Below the pieces are notes generated by a model. The model was not told the DNA's origin. It searched no databases and saw only the letters and a list, made by a program, of their open reading frames with translations. A DNA stretch of 64,000 nt from Lysobacteraceae bacterium (GTDB lineage: Bacteria > Pseudomonadota > Gammaproteobacteria > Xanthomonadales > Xanthomonadaceae), in the NCBI GenBank assembly GCA_041751895.1, contig JBGSID010000048.1, forward strand, positions 68,403 to 132,402. The letters are read 5' to 3'. Position 1 is the stretch's first letter. Each line of letters opens with the position of its first letter. Positions 19,002 to 28,979 of this stretch are shown piece by piece. Position numbers and translations under genes: made by a program.

Positions 19002-19744
19002 CGATCCCTCTCGTCCTTAAAGTTTCGACCGAAAAGCCTACCATTTCAGCCGCCCGGATTCTCCTGCATGCCGCGCGTGAGATTGGCGACTCTTTCGTAT
19101 GTCGTGTATTCGCGCTGTTTGAACGCATTGGGACAGGCAGGCGTGGGGTTGAAGAACGTCTGAAATCGATTTCGTTCCCATGCCTTACCGACATAAATCC
19201 CCAATTTGGTGATCTACTTCCTGTGGCCGACAGCGGTGCGCCCAGTCTTCATGTGGCAGGGGCGGGAGTGGCGGCTGGGATGCCAGTTGCGTGTTTGTGT
19301 GGCGATCCCGTACTGATTTATGTTGCCGTGTCAAGTGCTGAACGATTGTAAAACGGCCCAATAAAGTGTACGTTACTTGACGGTCATTAGTTGGCAATGG
19401 TCTTGGTCTAAAGTTCCCGGAAGAATTTTGAGTAGGATTTAGGGCATGGAAGTATTTGTTTACACAGGACGTACGGCCGGCTCATTGCCTGCGTGTCAAA
19501 GAGAACATCTGCGGGCAAACAAGCCCGAAAGCGCCATCAATCTGAAGCAATCAGATTTTGCTCTGCCAAGGCTCAGAGCTCAGCCGCTATGGTCAGACCG
19601 TTACAGCGCGGTGATCAAGCTGCTTTTTAATGCGGTGGACCGCTCTGCGTGCGGGAAAACACCGCAAATCGTGACGAAAAACGGCGACGCGACTGGCATC
19701 GCCATGCCGGCTGTAGCCGGCCGCAATGTCGTCATGGTGTGCTG
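19002..19744. promoter_or_regulatory. Divergent intergenic control region of the PKS cluster
   Basis: About 740 bp between divergent genes, with an AT-rich core near 19310-19465. No convincing ORF. Individual promoter boxes not assigned. Confidence 0.55.
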
Positions 19745-21187
19745 ATGCGAGCAGTTGAATATCTGAAGCGTGAAAGCTGGATGCTATGCGGTGTGTTTGC
19801 TTTCGTAATGCCCATGCATGCGATCGCCCAAGTACCCGACGAAAATCCGCCGCCTCTGTCTGTTGAAGCTGACGCGTCCGAGGCTCTATCTGCCGAAAGC
19901 GAATCCGTTGAAATCGATTCCATCGAAATTGGAGCCGCTGAGAGTGGTGCCGCTGAAGGCGAACCCACCGAGATCGGATCCCTTGAAATTGGATCCATGG
20001 AAATCGGATCTGCGGGATTCGAGGATGCGCCCGAACATTCAGCCCCAACGGAATCTCCTCTACGCATTTCGGCGGCGTATGAGCTGGGTTACAAGACGCA
20101 ACAGCCTGCACGTACGATCAAAAATCGCAGTTCGCTGCGGCTCGAATACGCCAAGACATACAACGGACGTTTCTCCGTGCAGTTCGATGGAAAGGCGAGT
20201 GCCTTCCTGGGGAATGACCACAGGCGCGCCGCTGACGACTACGACACCATGGTGACGCAAGCCTATGTGCAGACCAGCATAGGCGACACCAGTATTCGCG
20301 CCGGCATCCAGACGTTGCCATGGGGCGAGTCGTTGCTTTCACCGATCACCGACGAAGTCAGCCCGCGGGACAACCGCGAGCTGTTCAACTTCAATCTCGA
20401 GGAACTGCGCATCGGTCAACCGATGCTCGTGGTTGATCATTACGCGCACAGCGGTCGCTGGAGTACGTTCTTTGTTCCGAAGGCGTCCTTCAATGAGTCG
20501 CCTGCCAACGGGACTCTCTATGACTTCGATCCGCTGACGTACCGACGTGGTGTCCAAGGCGACAATGGCGCGGAATACGGATTCAGCTGGAAGAAGAATT
20601 ACGACAATGCGGACATCACCCTGATGGCCGCCAGCCTGATCGACAATGACTATGCGCGGCGCATGAATGACGATGGTGAAGCCTCGCGGGTGCGGGAACG
20701 CTTCACGTTGACCGGGTTGTCCTTCACACGTGCGATGGGCAGCTTCGTCCTGCGGGGCGAGGCTGCAGTGAAGTTCGGCAAGCCATTCAACGATGCGGCG
20801 CTGCAGATCGTGCGCAAGCGCACGGTCGATACCTTTCTCAGCCTCGACTATCAGTCCAGCCCGACCCTGTCATTCTCCGCTGACGTGCTGAATCAGCATG
20901 TCTCCGACTGGGATACGGGCATGATTGGCGTGGCCCGTAATCGTCAGACGTTACGGCTTTCGGCGCAAAAGAATTTCTGGAACGACGATCTGTCCGTCAC
21001 TCTACAGAATTTTCGTTTCTGGCCAAATGTCAGCAACCTGACGATGCTGATGTTTGCGTGGAAGGCCAACGACAATTTGACCCTGAATTTGAATCTGGCC
21101 GTCCCGACGACGAATCAACAGGATGGTTCTCTTTGGTCCGTACGTGATCAGAAGCAGACGCTATTCAAGATCCAATGGCAATTCTGA
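19745..21187 (+). CDS. Outer-membrane beta-barrel protein (DUF1302-like)
   Basis: Signal peptide ending AIA-Q, GIQTLPWGES motif, amphipathic beta-strands, C-terminal beta-signal FKIQWQF. Confidence 0.7.
   Translation: MRAVEYLKRESWMLCGVFAFVMPMHAIAQVPDENPPPLSVEADASEALSAESESVEIDSIEIGAAESGAAEGEPTEIGSLEIGSMEIGSAGFEDAPEHSAPTESPLRISAAYELGYKTQQPARTIKNRSSLRLEYAKTYNGRFSVQFDGKASAFLGNDHRRAADDYDTMVTQAYVQTSIGDTSIRAGIQTLPWGESLLSPITDEVSPRDNRELFNFNLEELRIGQPMLVVDHYAHSGRWSTFFVPKASFNESPANGTLYDFDPLTYRRGVQGDNGAEYGFSWKKNYDNADITLMAASLIDNDYARRMNDDGEASRVRERFTLTGLSFTRAMGSFVLRGEAAVKFGKPFNDAALQIVRKRTVDTFLSLDYQSSPTLSFSADVLNQHVSDWDTGMIGVARNRQTLRLSAQKNFWNDDLSVTLQNFRFWPNVSNLTMLMFAWKANDNLTLNLNLAVPTTNQQDGSLWSVRDQKQTLFKIQWQF
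19909..20013 (+). repeat. Degenerate 15-nt tandem repeat (~7 units) encoding acidic EIGSx pentapeptides
   Basis: Units include gaaattggagccgct, gagatcggatccctt, gaaattggatccatg and gaaatcggatctgcg. Confidence 0.7.
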
Positions 21188-21334
21188 GTTCGCCCGGAAC
21201 GGGTGTTGTCAGCATGGGAAGCGGCATGTGGAAACATGCTCATCACGCAGCGCAACTTGCCCGTTTTCGCGTGAACGTGAATTGCAAAACCGAATTCCTT
21301 GACTCCATTTCGACATCCGTAAGAGCGCCTTTTC

Positions 21335-24300
21335 ATGACTGACCGGAATCGATTGTTCGACTTTGCCCAGAGTTACCTGAAGACTCTGATCGCCGAGACC
21401 ACGGATTCGCTCGATGCGAATTTCGACTCCGCGACACCCTTCAGTGAACTTGGCATCGACTCCTTTCGGGTTTTGAGGATCGTCAAGACGCTGGAGCATG
21501 ACTTCGGAAGATTGCCGAAGACATTGTTGTTCGAGAATTATCATGTCAACGACCTCGCCGCTTACTTCGTTGATCGGCATGCCGACGTTCTCCGTACGAA
21601 GCTGGAAGCGGGTGGGAACGTCGCCGCGAAGTCGCAGTCTGCTGCAGCCGCAGCAGGCCCCGCATCTGCTGCACCTGCACCTGCACCTGCAATGGCAGTT
21701 GTCGTGGAGGCCCCTGCGGTCCGCACGAAACCAGCCGTCAGTGAAGTGAAACCCGCTGCACTGACCCCGGCTCTGGTGAAGCAGAGTGACAAGGCCACAT
21801 TGCCTGCTGGCCCGGTGCTCGCGCTTGAGCAAACGCTTCGTGCTGACCCGTCGATGGGCGAATGGGTCACGCAGCTTTTCAGCGAACACAGGAACGATGG
21901 CTCCGTGTCGCGAGGTACGCGCAACATCGCGCCGAATCTGTTCATCGGCAGCCAGCGTCTGGGCTATTTCCATTACGCACGCAGCCAGGATCGGGTATTG
22001 GCCTACGCCTACACGGGCCCGGACGATCATTACTCGGAGCTGGCAGCAGAGTTCAGCCGGCACTGCATCCGGCACGGATTACATCCCAATCTTCTGTGCG
22101 CACAGCCACTGCCTGACGCAGGTGAACTGCATTTCAGCGCGACTCCTTTCGGGGTCCTGCAACGCATCGTCAATCTTCGTGAGTTCACGCTCGCCGGTGC
22201 CGCCATGCGCCGACTGCGTTACCTGGTGAGCAAGTTTGAGAAGCTGGGCGTGTGCCGGACGGAAGAGTTCCACTGTGGTTCCGATCCTGACAAGACCCAG
22301 GCCATCGTGGGCATCATCGATGCGTGGTGCGCGAACCGGACGATGGTCAATCCGCTGATCTACAAGGTTCGTGACGAGATCCTGGCGGGTACGCTCGACA
22401 CGACCCACCGCATTTTCGTGACCTCGATGGATGGCGTGATGTTGAACGTCATCCTGATTTCGCCATTGGCCGCACGCCTGAATGGCTATCTCATGGATCT
22501 GGAGTTCTACGGCAGCGACATGGCCCTCGGGGGGCTGGAGTTCGCCATCTGCCAGATCATCGAAGCGCTCGTGGCAGAAAATTGCGACGTGCTCAGCCTG
22601 GGAGGCACGTATGGTTGCAAGATCGAGGAGTCGGCGCATGCCGATCCGGAGATCGACCGGGTGCTCGATGAATTGCGTGAACGCAATCTCTTCAATGATG
22701 CAGGCAACCTGCAGTTCAAGAACAAGTTCCGGCCGGAAAACCACACAATCTATCTGTGCAGGCCACAGGGAACAGGCGATCCGCAGGACGTCATCGATCT
22801 GATCATGATGATCGCGGACCCGGACCGGATGCAGACCAGCGATGCATCCCGCCATACCCTTCTCTCGGGCGACGATGCACCGCAGCCGTCCGTGCCCGTG
22901 ACCGATGCGACGCCTGTCTTCGTTGCTGCAACAGGCGATGCGGAGGATGGGCCGATCGGAGTGCGTGGTTTGGAGCGTTCATTCGTTCTGGCGGAAAGCC
23001 GCTTCAATCCCCTGAACCTCGATCACGAATGCGTCGAATTCGATCTCAAGACCGATTCCTGGGCGCAGTTGCACACGACCGCCATCGAACAGCGGAGCCG
23101 TCATCTGCATGCGCGCCTGCATGGCCCGATCGATACGCACGCGGCGCTGGCGTCGGTATTCAACTTTCCGCATTTCATTCTGACCAAGTCGGGTCGCACT
23201 GCGGAACAAGTTTTCTATCGCGCCTGGCCCAAGAAGGGCCTCGTTCTGCAGAACCTGCTGTTCCCGACCAATATTTTTCACCAGATCGACAACGGTTTCA
23301 CTCCGAGGGAATTGCCCCGGGCGTCGGTGTTTGCGCTTGATATCGCGGCATCGGACAAGGCTGAACTGGATCTCGATGCCGTGCGTGAGGCATTGACCGA
23401 TGCCAGCGGCATCGCGATGGTCTGTGTGGAGGTCAGCAACAACGCCTCCGGTGGACAGCCCGTGTCGGCAGACTACCTGCGCGCACTGTCTGCCTTGCTT
23501 GCACCCCACAAGATCCCGCTGGTTCTGGATGCCACCCGCGTGCTCGACAACGTGAGCATGGGCACAACGGCTGCAACGGGTGTGGGCATGTGGGCCGCCG
23601 TTCGCGAGCTGCTCGACTGCGCCGATGCGGTGATGGCCAGCCTGCCCAAGAATTTCGGTGTCACCGGTGGCGGGTTGGTGGCAACCCGCGACGCTTCGCT
23701 GCATGAACGACTGCAGACGGCCCTGCTGGAAAGCGGCAGTGCGCTCGGCGCCTTCGATCGAAAACTCCTTGGCCTCGCGCTGCAGGACCGGACATTTCTC
23801 GAACATCAGATCGCAGCCCGTCAGGAGGCTGTACGCCGGTTGGGCACGGCTCTGGTGCAACACGGTCTCCCGGTGGTGCAGCCGGTCGGAGCGCATTGCG
23901 TACTCATTGATGTTGCGGCCATTCCGGAATTCGCGTCGCTGCGCGAGCCCATCGCGTCATTCCTTGCTTGGCTCTACGTGGAAACCGGCGTTCGCGCTGC
24001 TGGACACAATGCCGGCATGGCACGCCATCACAGCCTGGCGATGACGGTACGCCTCGCCTTGGCGCTCGGCACCGAAATGGGCGAGGTCCATGAGATCGCG
24101 CGCCGTATCGGTGCAGCTTATGCCGACAAACGCAATATTCCTGATCTGGAATCTGGTCCCAAAGCCGGCACGGGTGATCTGACTGCGGGCTATCGTCTCA
24201 ACGGCTATCTTCGGCCGGTGGCCCCCGTCGAAGGGCGTTCCGTAGCACAGCCGGACATGGGTATCGCCGTCGAGGCACCCCAAGATGCAGCGCCTGCAAC

Positions 24301-27300
24301 CACCGCCACGGCGGTGCCGGCTCCGGCACACGCCGTGGCCGATGTCGCCATCATCGGTATGGCGGGGCGTTACCCCAAGGCGACCACTCCGCGCGAATTG
24401 TGGCGGGTGCTGCTCGAAGGCCAGGATTGTGTTGAAGAGGTGCCGGATGCACGTCTGGCCATGCGTCAAGGTGCCCGTCCGCCGATCCGATATTGTGGTG
24501 GATTCATCGATGATGTCGAGGTCTTCGATGCCGCTTTCTTCGGTATCCAGGGTCGCGACGCGGTCATCATGGATCCGCAGGAACGTCAGTTCCTGGAAGT
24601 CGCCTACGAAGCCTTGGAAGATGCCGGTTACTACACCGACACGCTGAGCGGCGAAGACGGTGATCGCAATATCGGCGTATTCGTCGGCGCTGTATGGACG
24701 GCGTATCAGATGGTCGGCGCTGATGAGAAGGCCGCCGGTCGTCAGGTGAACCCGAGTTCTTTCCTCTGGAGCATCGCAAACCGCGTGTCCTACTGGATGG
24801 ACCTGCATGGTCCGAGCCTGACGCTGGATACTGCCTGCTCGGCCAGCCTGACCGCCATCAAGCTCGCCTGCGATGCGATCCGTTCGGGTGAGTGCCGCGT
24901 GGCGATTGCCGGCGGCGTGAATCTTGATCTCCACCAGAGCAAATACGAGATCAACGCCACCGGCGGATCACTGTCGCGCGGCGGGGTCTGCCGCGCCTAT
25001 GGCCAGGGCGCAGACGGCTATGTCTCGGGTGAAGGCGTCGGTGCACTGATCCTGAAACCTCTGGATCAGGCGATCGCTGACGGCGACCACGTCTATGGTG
25101 TGATCAAGAGCGTGGTGGTCACGCACAGTGGTCGCACCAGCGCCTATACGGTGCCGAACCCGCGCACGCAGGCGGAACTGGTCGCCCGAGCCCTCAAGCT
25201 GGCCGATGTCGATGCACGCACGATCGGTTACGTGGAAGGGCATGGCACCGGCACCGATCTTGGCGACTCGATCGAAATTGCCGGTCTGTCGCGTGCCTTC
25301 GCTGCCTACGATGTTCCGGCCGGCAGTTGTCCGATCGGATCGATCAAGACGAATATCGGTCATCTGGAAGCCGCATCCGGCATCGTCGGCATGCAGAAGA
25401 TCCTGCTGCAGATGCAACATGGCACGCTGGTGCCTTCGCTGCACGCCGAAGTCCCGAACGAAAACATCGATTTCGACACTGCGCCTTTCCGTATCCAGCA
25501 GGACGTGTCGCAGTGGGATGGCAAGGTGGTCGACGGACGGACCTATCCCCGCCGTGCCTGCATCAGTGCGATCGGGATTGGTGGTGCGAATGCACACGTG
25601 ATCATTGAGGAATTCGTTCCGGCCGACCATGGGCTTGCCAGCGATGACGCGCAGGCCAAAGAAGGCGGCCTGCGCATCGTGCCCCTGTCGGCGCGTACGC
25701 CGGAACAATTGCATCAAGTGGCTGCTCGACTGCTCGCATACCTGCGCGATGGCGCCGGCGATCTCAGCCTCGACGATATCGCCTTCACCCTGTCGCAGGG
25801 TCGCAAGGGATTCGATCAACGTGTGGCGCTGATCGCTGCCGATCTCGACGGGCTGAAGAGTCGGCTGGAGGCATTCCTCGCCGGCACGCCCCATGACGAC
25901 GTCATGGTCGGGCAGGTGGGCAATGCGCGCAATGTCACGTCCATGCTCGATGCACAGGAGCGCGAGGATTTCGTCGGATTGATGCTGCAGCGTGGTGACC
26001 CGCGTCGCCTTGCGCGCCTGTGGAGCGATGGCCTGATCGCAGATGGTCGCAGGATCGGCCCTGGCCGCGGTCGCAGGATTTCCCTGCCCACGTATCCATT
26101 CGCCAGAACGCCCTACTGGGCAGGCGAGATGGCGGGTGCTGCGGTGGTGTCGACGCAGCCTGTTGCTGTTGCGCCGCATGCGTCGGACCTGTCTGTTGCG
26201 GATGCGCCGAAGTCGGCGCCCGCTCCTGCGGCACAGCGCCTGCGCTACCAGTTCTGGACGGATGAATCCGCCGATGCGGGCGGATCGCAGGGCGACTTGC
26301 CGGTCATCGGCAAGGCCGAGTTGTTTGTCAAACAGACGCTGGCCGACCGCCTGGACTTGTCCATCGATGCCCTGCAGAACGACGACGGTCTGCTCGAAAT
26401 CGGGTTGACCTCGCTGGACATGGCGGGCCTGACGACTGGGCTGAAAGCGCGTTTCGGCCCGAAGTTTTCGCCGACGGCCTTCTTCGAGTGCCGCACCATC
26501 GGCGATTTCACCGCCTTGCTCGCCGAGCAATACCACACACATTTCGAGACCATGCGTTTTGCGAAGCTCGAGGTGGATGAAGCGGAGTCCGTCGCACCGT
26601 CGAGGCGCATGGTCCGAGTGGCCGGCGATGCCGCTCCGGGTGATGTGCATGTTCTGGACGCGGCCGCACCATTGCCGCTGCCGGATACGCCCTGGTCGAA
26701 GGCCGGGCCGCTCCCTGAGGCGCTGCGCATCCTGCTGACAGGTGCTACCGGTTTTCTGGGCATCCAGATCCTGCATGAACTCTGCGCTGGCGATAGCGAG
26801 GTCCAGGTGTTGTGTCTGGTCCGTGCTGCCGATACGGACGCCGCATGGGGTCGTCTGCGCGGCCAGGCTGCCCGTTACGGGTTGGTGCTCGACGAAAGCC
26901 GTATCCAGGTGCTGTGCGGTGATCTCTGCGCGCCGCGCATGGGCATGACCGAAGCCGAGTGGGATGCCCGCTGCGCTGAAATCGATCAGATCGTGCATGC
27001 GGCCTCGCACGTCAATCACATCGAGGGTTACGCAAGCTTCCGCGATGCCACGCTGGGCATGACGGAGATCATCCGTCTCGCCGCCAGCCAGCGTCCGAAA
27101 TTGATCCAGTTCATGTCGAGCACCGCCGCTTGCATTCTGAAAACGGGCGACACGTTCACCGTCTACGAGCACGAGTCCTTCATCGATGCGGGCGAGTCGG
27201 TCTATGGTGGTTACGGACAATCCAAGTGGGTCCAGGAGACCTACCTGCGGCGGGCCGCCGAAGTCGGGATTCCCTACGTCATCTATCGGTTCGGTGAGCT

Positions 27301-27991
27301 GTCCGGATCCAGTCGGACCGGATTCGCGCAGACGGACGACATGCTCCACCGCCTGCTGCAGATGCGCTTGGCCGTGGGGTGCCGTGAGAAGGTATCCAAC
27401 GACGTGCTGGACGCCGTACCGGTCGACATCGCCGCGCGGTTGATCGCCGGTACGACCCGTGACCCGGCATTGTGGAACGCGATCCTTCACGGGACCCACC
27501 TGCAGCCGTGCCCCATCGCACGTGTCTACCGGATGGCCGAGCAACGTCTGGACAGGCGCTTCTCACCGGTCACCCGACAGAACTATCTGAGCGCCTGTCT
27601 CGACTTCGTTCGTCACATCTACGAACGCAGCCCACTGGACGGATTCGTACTCGAGTGCGTGTTGCGGGACGCGGAAGGCTCGTCGCGGCAGCGCAAGATC
27701 ATGGACGGCTATTTCGCGGTTCTGTTCCCGTTCGAGCAGTCCAATTTCTCGCGGGCGCTCGAAACGCTGCAGGTGCCGTTGCCGGCATGGGATCAACTGC
27801 TGGCCACCTATTTCGATCGTTGGTGCCAAGAGGATTGCGACTATCTGTCGCCCCTGAAGACCTACGGAATGCCGCAGGAAACCACGCCGCTGCCCGCACA
27901 ACGGCCCGCGATCACGGTCGCGCCTGCAGTCAACAACAGTGCAGTCAACAACAGCATGGAAACCGCGTTGGAGCGTGTCGATGAAATCTAA
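21335..27991 (+). CDS. trans-AT PKS, terminal protein: ACP-DUF2156-PLP lyase (TPL/SH-like)-KS-ACP-thioester reductase
   Basis: ACP GIDS. DUF2156-like FKNKFRP....YL. TPL-like DLKTDSW, GR.AE, GGQPVS, DATR and SLPK (PLP Lys). KS DTACS/HGTGT/NIGH. ACP GLTS. Reductase TGATGFLG and YGQSK. No AT domain. Confidence 0.88.
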   Translation: MTDRNRLFDFAQSYLKTLIAETTDSLDANFDSATPFSELGIDSFRVLRIVKTLEHDFGRLPKTLLFENYHVNDLAAYFVDRHADVLRTKLEAGGNVAAKSQSAAAAAGPASAAPAPAPAMAVVVEAPAVRTKPAVSEVKPAALTPALVKQSDKATLPAGPVLALEQTLRADPSMGEWVTQLFSEHRNDGSVSRGTRNIAPNLFIGSQRLGYFHYARSQDRVLAYAYTGPDDHYSELAAEFSRHCIRHGLHPNLLCAQPLPDAGELHFSATPFGVLQRIVNLREFTLAGAAMRRLRYLVSKFEKLGVCRTEEFHCGSDPDKTQAIVGIIDAWCANRTMVNPLIYKVRDEILAGTLDTTHRIFVTSMDGVMLNVILISPLAARLNGYLMDLEFYGSDMALGGLEFAICQIIEALVAENCDVLSLGGTYGCKIEESAHADPEIDRVLDELRERNLFNDAGNLQFKNKFRPENHTIYLCRPQGTGDPQDVIDLIMMIADPDRMQTSDASRHTLLSGDDAPQPSVPVTDATPVFVAATGDAEDGPIGVRGLERSFVLAESRFNPLNLDHECVEFDLKTDSWAQLHTTAIEQRSRHLHARLHGPIDTHAALASVFNFPHFILTKSGRTAEQVFYRAWPKKGLVLQNLLFPTNIFHQIDNGFTPRELPRASVFALDIAASDKAELDLDAVREALTDASGIAMVCVEVSNNASGGQPVSADYLRALSALLAPHKIPLVLDATRVLDNVSMGTTAATGVGMWAAVRELLDCADAVMASLPKNFGVTGGGLVATRDASLHERLQTALLESGSALGAFDRKLLGLALQDRTFLEHQIAARQEAVRRLGTALVQHGLPVVQPVGAHCVLIDVAAIPEFASLREPIASFLAWLYVETGVRAAGHNAGMARHHSLAMTVRLALALGTEMGEVHEIARRIGAAYADKRNIPDLESGPKAGTGDLTAGYRLNGYLRPVAPVEGRSVAQPDMGIAVEAPQDAAPATTATAVPAPAHAVADVAIIGMAGRYPKATTPRELWRVLLEGQDCVEEVPDARLAMRQGARPPIRYCGGFIDDVEVFDAAFFGIQGRDAVIMDPQERQFLEVAYEALEDAGYYTDTLSGEDGDRNIGVFVGAVWTAYQMVGADEKAAGRQVNPSSFLWSIANRVSYWMDLHGPSLTLDTACSASLTAIKLACDAIRSGECRVAIAGGVNLDLHQSKYEINATGGSLSRGGVCRAYGQGADGYVSGEGVGALILKPLDQAIADGDHVYGVIKSVVVTHSGRTSAYTVPNPRTQAELVARALKLADVDARTIGYVEGHGTGTDLGDSIEIAGLSRAFAAYDVPAGSCPIGSIKTNIGHLEAASGIVGMQKILLQMQHGTLVPSLHAEVPNENIDFDTAPFRIQQDVSQWDGKVVDGRTYPRRACISAIGIGGANAHVIIEEFVPADHGLASDDAQAKEGGLRIVPLSARTPEQLHQVAARLLAYLRDGAGDLSLDDIAFTLSQGRKGFDQRVALIAADLDGLKSRLEAFLAGTPHDDVMVGQVGNARNVTSMLDAQEREDFVGLMLQRGDPRRLARLWSDGLIADGRRIGPGRGRRISLPTYPFARTPYWAGEMAGAAVVSTQPVAVAPHASDLSVADAPKSAPAPAAQRLRYQFWTDESADAGGSQGDLPVIGKAELFVKQTLADRLDLSIDALQNDDGLLEIGLTSLDMAGLTTGLKARFGPKFSPTAFFECRTIGDFTALLAEQYHTHFETMRFAKLEVDEAESVAPSRRMVRVAGDAAPGDVHVLDAAAPLPLPDTPWSKAGPLPEALRILLTGATGFLGIQILHELCAGDSEVQVLCLVRAADTDAAWGRLRGQAARYGLVLDESRIQVLCGDLCAPRMGMTEAEWDARCAEIDQIVHAASHVNHIEGYASFRDATLGMTEIIRLAASQRPKLIQFMSSTAACILKTGDTFTVYEHESFIDAGESVYGGYGQSKWVQETYLRRAAEVGIPYVIYRFGELSGSSRTGFAQTDDMLHRLLQMRLAVGCREKVSNDVLDAVPVDIAARLIAGTTRDPALWNAILHGTHLQPCPIARVYRMAEQRLDRRFSPVTRQNYLSACLDFVRHIYERSPLDGFVLECVLRDAEGSSRQRKIMDGYFAVLFPFEQSNFSRALETLQVPLPAWDQLLATYFDRWCQEDCDYLSPLKTYGMPQETTPLPAQRPAITVAPAVNNSAVNNSMETALERVDEI

Positions 27992-28952
27992 TGGTGCTGC
28001 CCTCAGTGGCCCTGTTCTTGTGACCGGTGGCAATGGCCATGTTGGCAATACCCTCGCGAAACATCTGTGCGACAGGGGTTATTCGGTTCGCGTGACGGTT
28101 CGCAATGTCGAGGAAACCGAAGCGCTGGGCATCTTCGATGGCTATCCGGTCGAAATCCACCGGGCGGATATCCGGGATGAGGACGCGCTTCGCCAAGCTA
28201 TGACCGGCGTGCGTGGTGTCTTCCAGGTCGCCGCGCTGTACAACTACGACGAATCCTCACTGGGCGAAGGCATCGTCGCCAACAATACCGACGGCTGTCT
28301 GGCCGTGTTGCGTGCGGCCAAGGATTGCGGTGTGGCGCGCGTTGTCTTGACGAGCAGCATCGCCGCCGTCGGCTTCGGCGGGAGCGAGACGCAGCCGCTG
28401 ACCGAATCGGACTGGAGCGATCCGGAAGATCCCTACTGCCGTTCCAAGTTGGAGAGCGAGCAGGTTGCCCGGCGCTGGGCCGACGAAGCCGGTCTGGATC
28501 TGGTTGTCGTGTGTCCGGGCATCGTCCTGGGCCCCAACTTCTACAAGCACACGCCAAGCACCGTTCCTGTCGCGGCGATCGTCCACGATCAGCTGCCCTT
28601 CAAAGTGCAGGTCGCGCTGACGGTGGTCGATGTGCGTGATCTGGCGGAGGCGCACATCCTCGCCTATGAAGCCGATCAGCCGGCGAACCGTTATCTCGCC
28701 ACCGGAACGTATCTGTCGGATCTGGTCGATGCCATGAGCGAAGCCATCCCCGGCATCAATGTGCCGGAGCGCGTTCTCAGCCTTGCCGAGGCCCGCGCAT
28801 TGGCCCAGAAGAGCGGGACGCCTGTCGAACTTATCGGGCAGCCATATCGGTACAGTGATCAGCGTATCCGCGAAGGATTGGGGTGGCAGGCACGTCCGCT
28901 CCATGAAACGCTTCGTGATACGGCGGCATGGATCGAAGCCCGTGATCTGTAG
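27981..28952 (+). CDS. NAD-dependent epimerase/dehydratase (dihydroflavonol-reductase-like extended SDR)
   Basis: VLVTGGNGHVG, TSSIAAV, YCRSK and VVDVRDLAEAH motifs. Start overlaps the PKS end. Confidence 0.88.
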   Translation: MKSNGAALSGPVLVTGGNGHVGNTLAKHLCDRGYSVRVTVRNVEETEALGIFDGYPVEIHRADIRDEDALRQAMTGVRGVFQVAALYNYDESSLGEGIVANNTDGCLAVLRAAKDCGVARVVLTSSIAAVGFGGSETQPLTESDWSDPEDPYCRSKLESEQVARRWADEAGLDLVVVCPGIVLGPNFYKHTPSTVPVAAIVHDQLPFKVQVALTVVDVRDLAEAHILAYEADQPANRYLATGTYLSDLVDAMSEAIPGINVPERVLSLAEARALAQKSGTPVELIGQPYRYSDQRIREGLGWQARPLHETLRDTAAWIEARDL

Positions 28953-28979
28953 TCGAACCTTTCTCTCACGGACGACGGT

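Noticed and set aside
19002-19744. Small ORFs, an ncRNA or an ops antitermination element in the divergent region
   Set aside because: I saw no convincing RBS-led ORF, no GGCGGTAG ops match and no recognisable RNA family.
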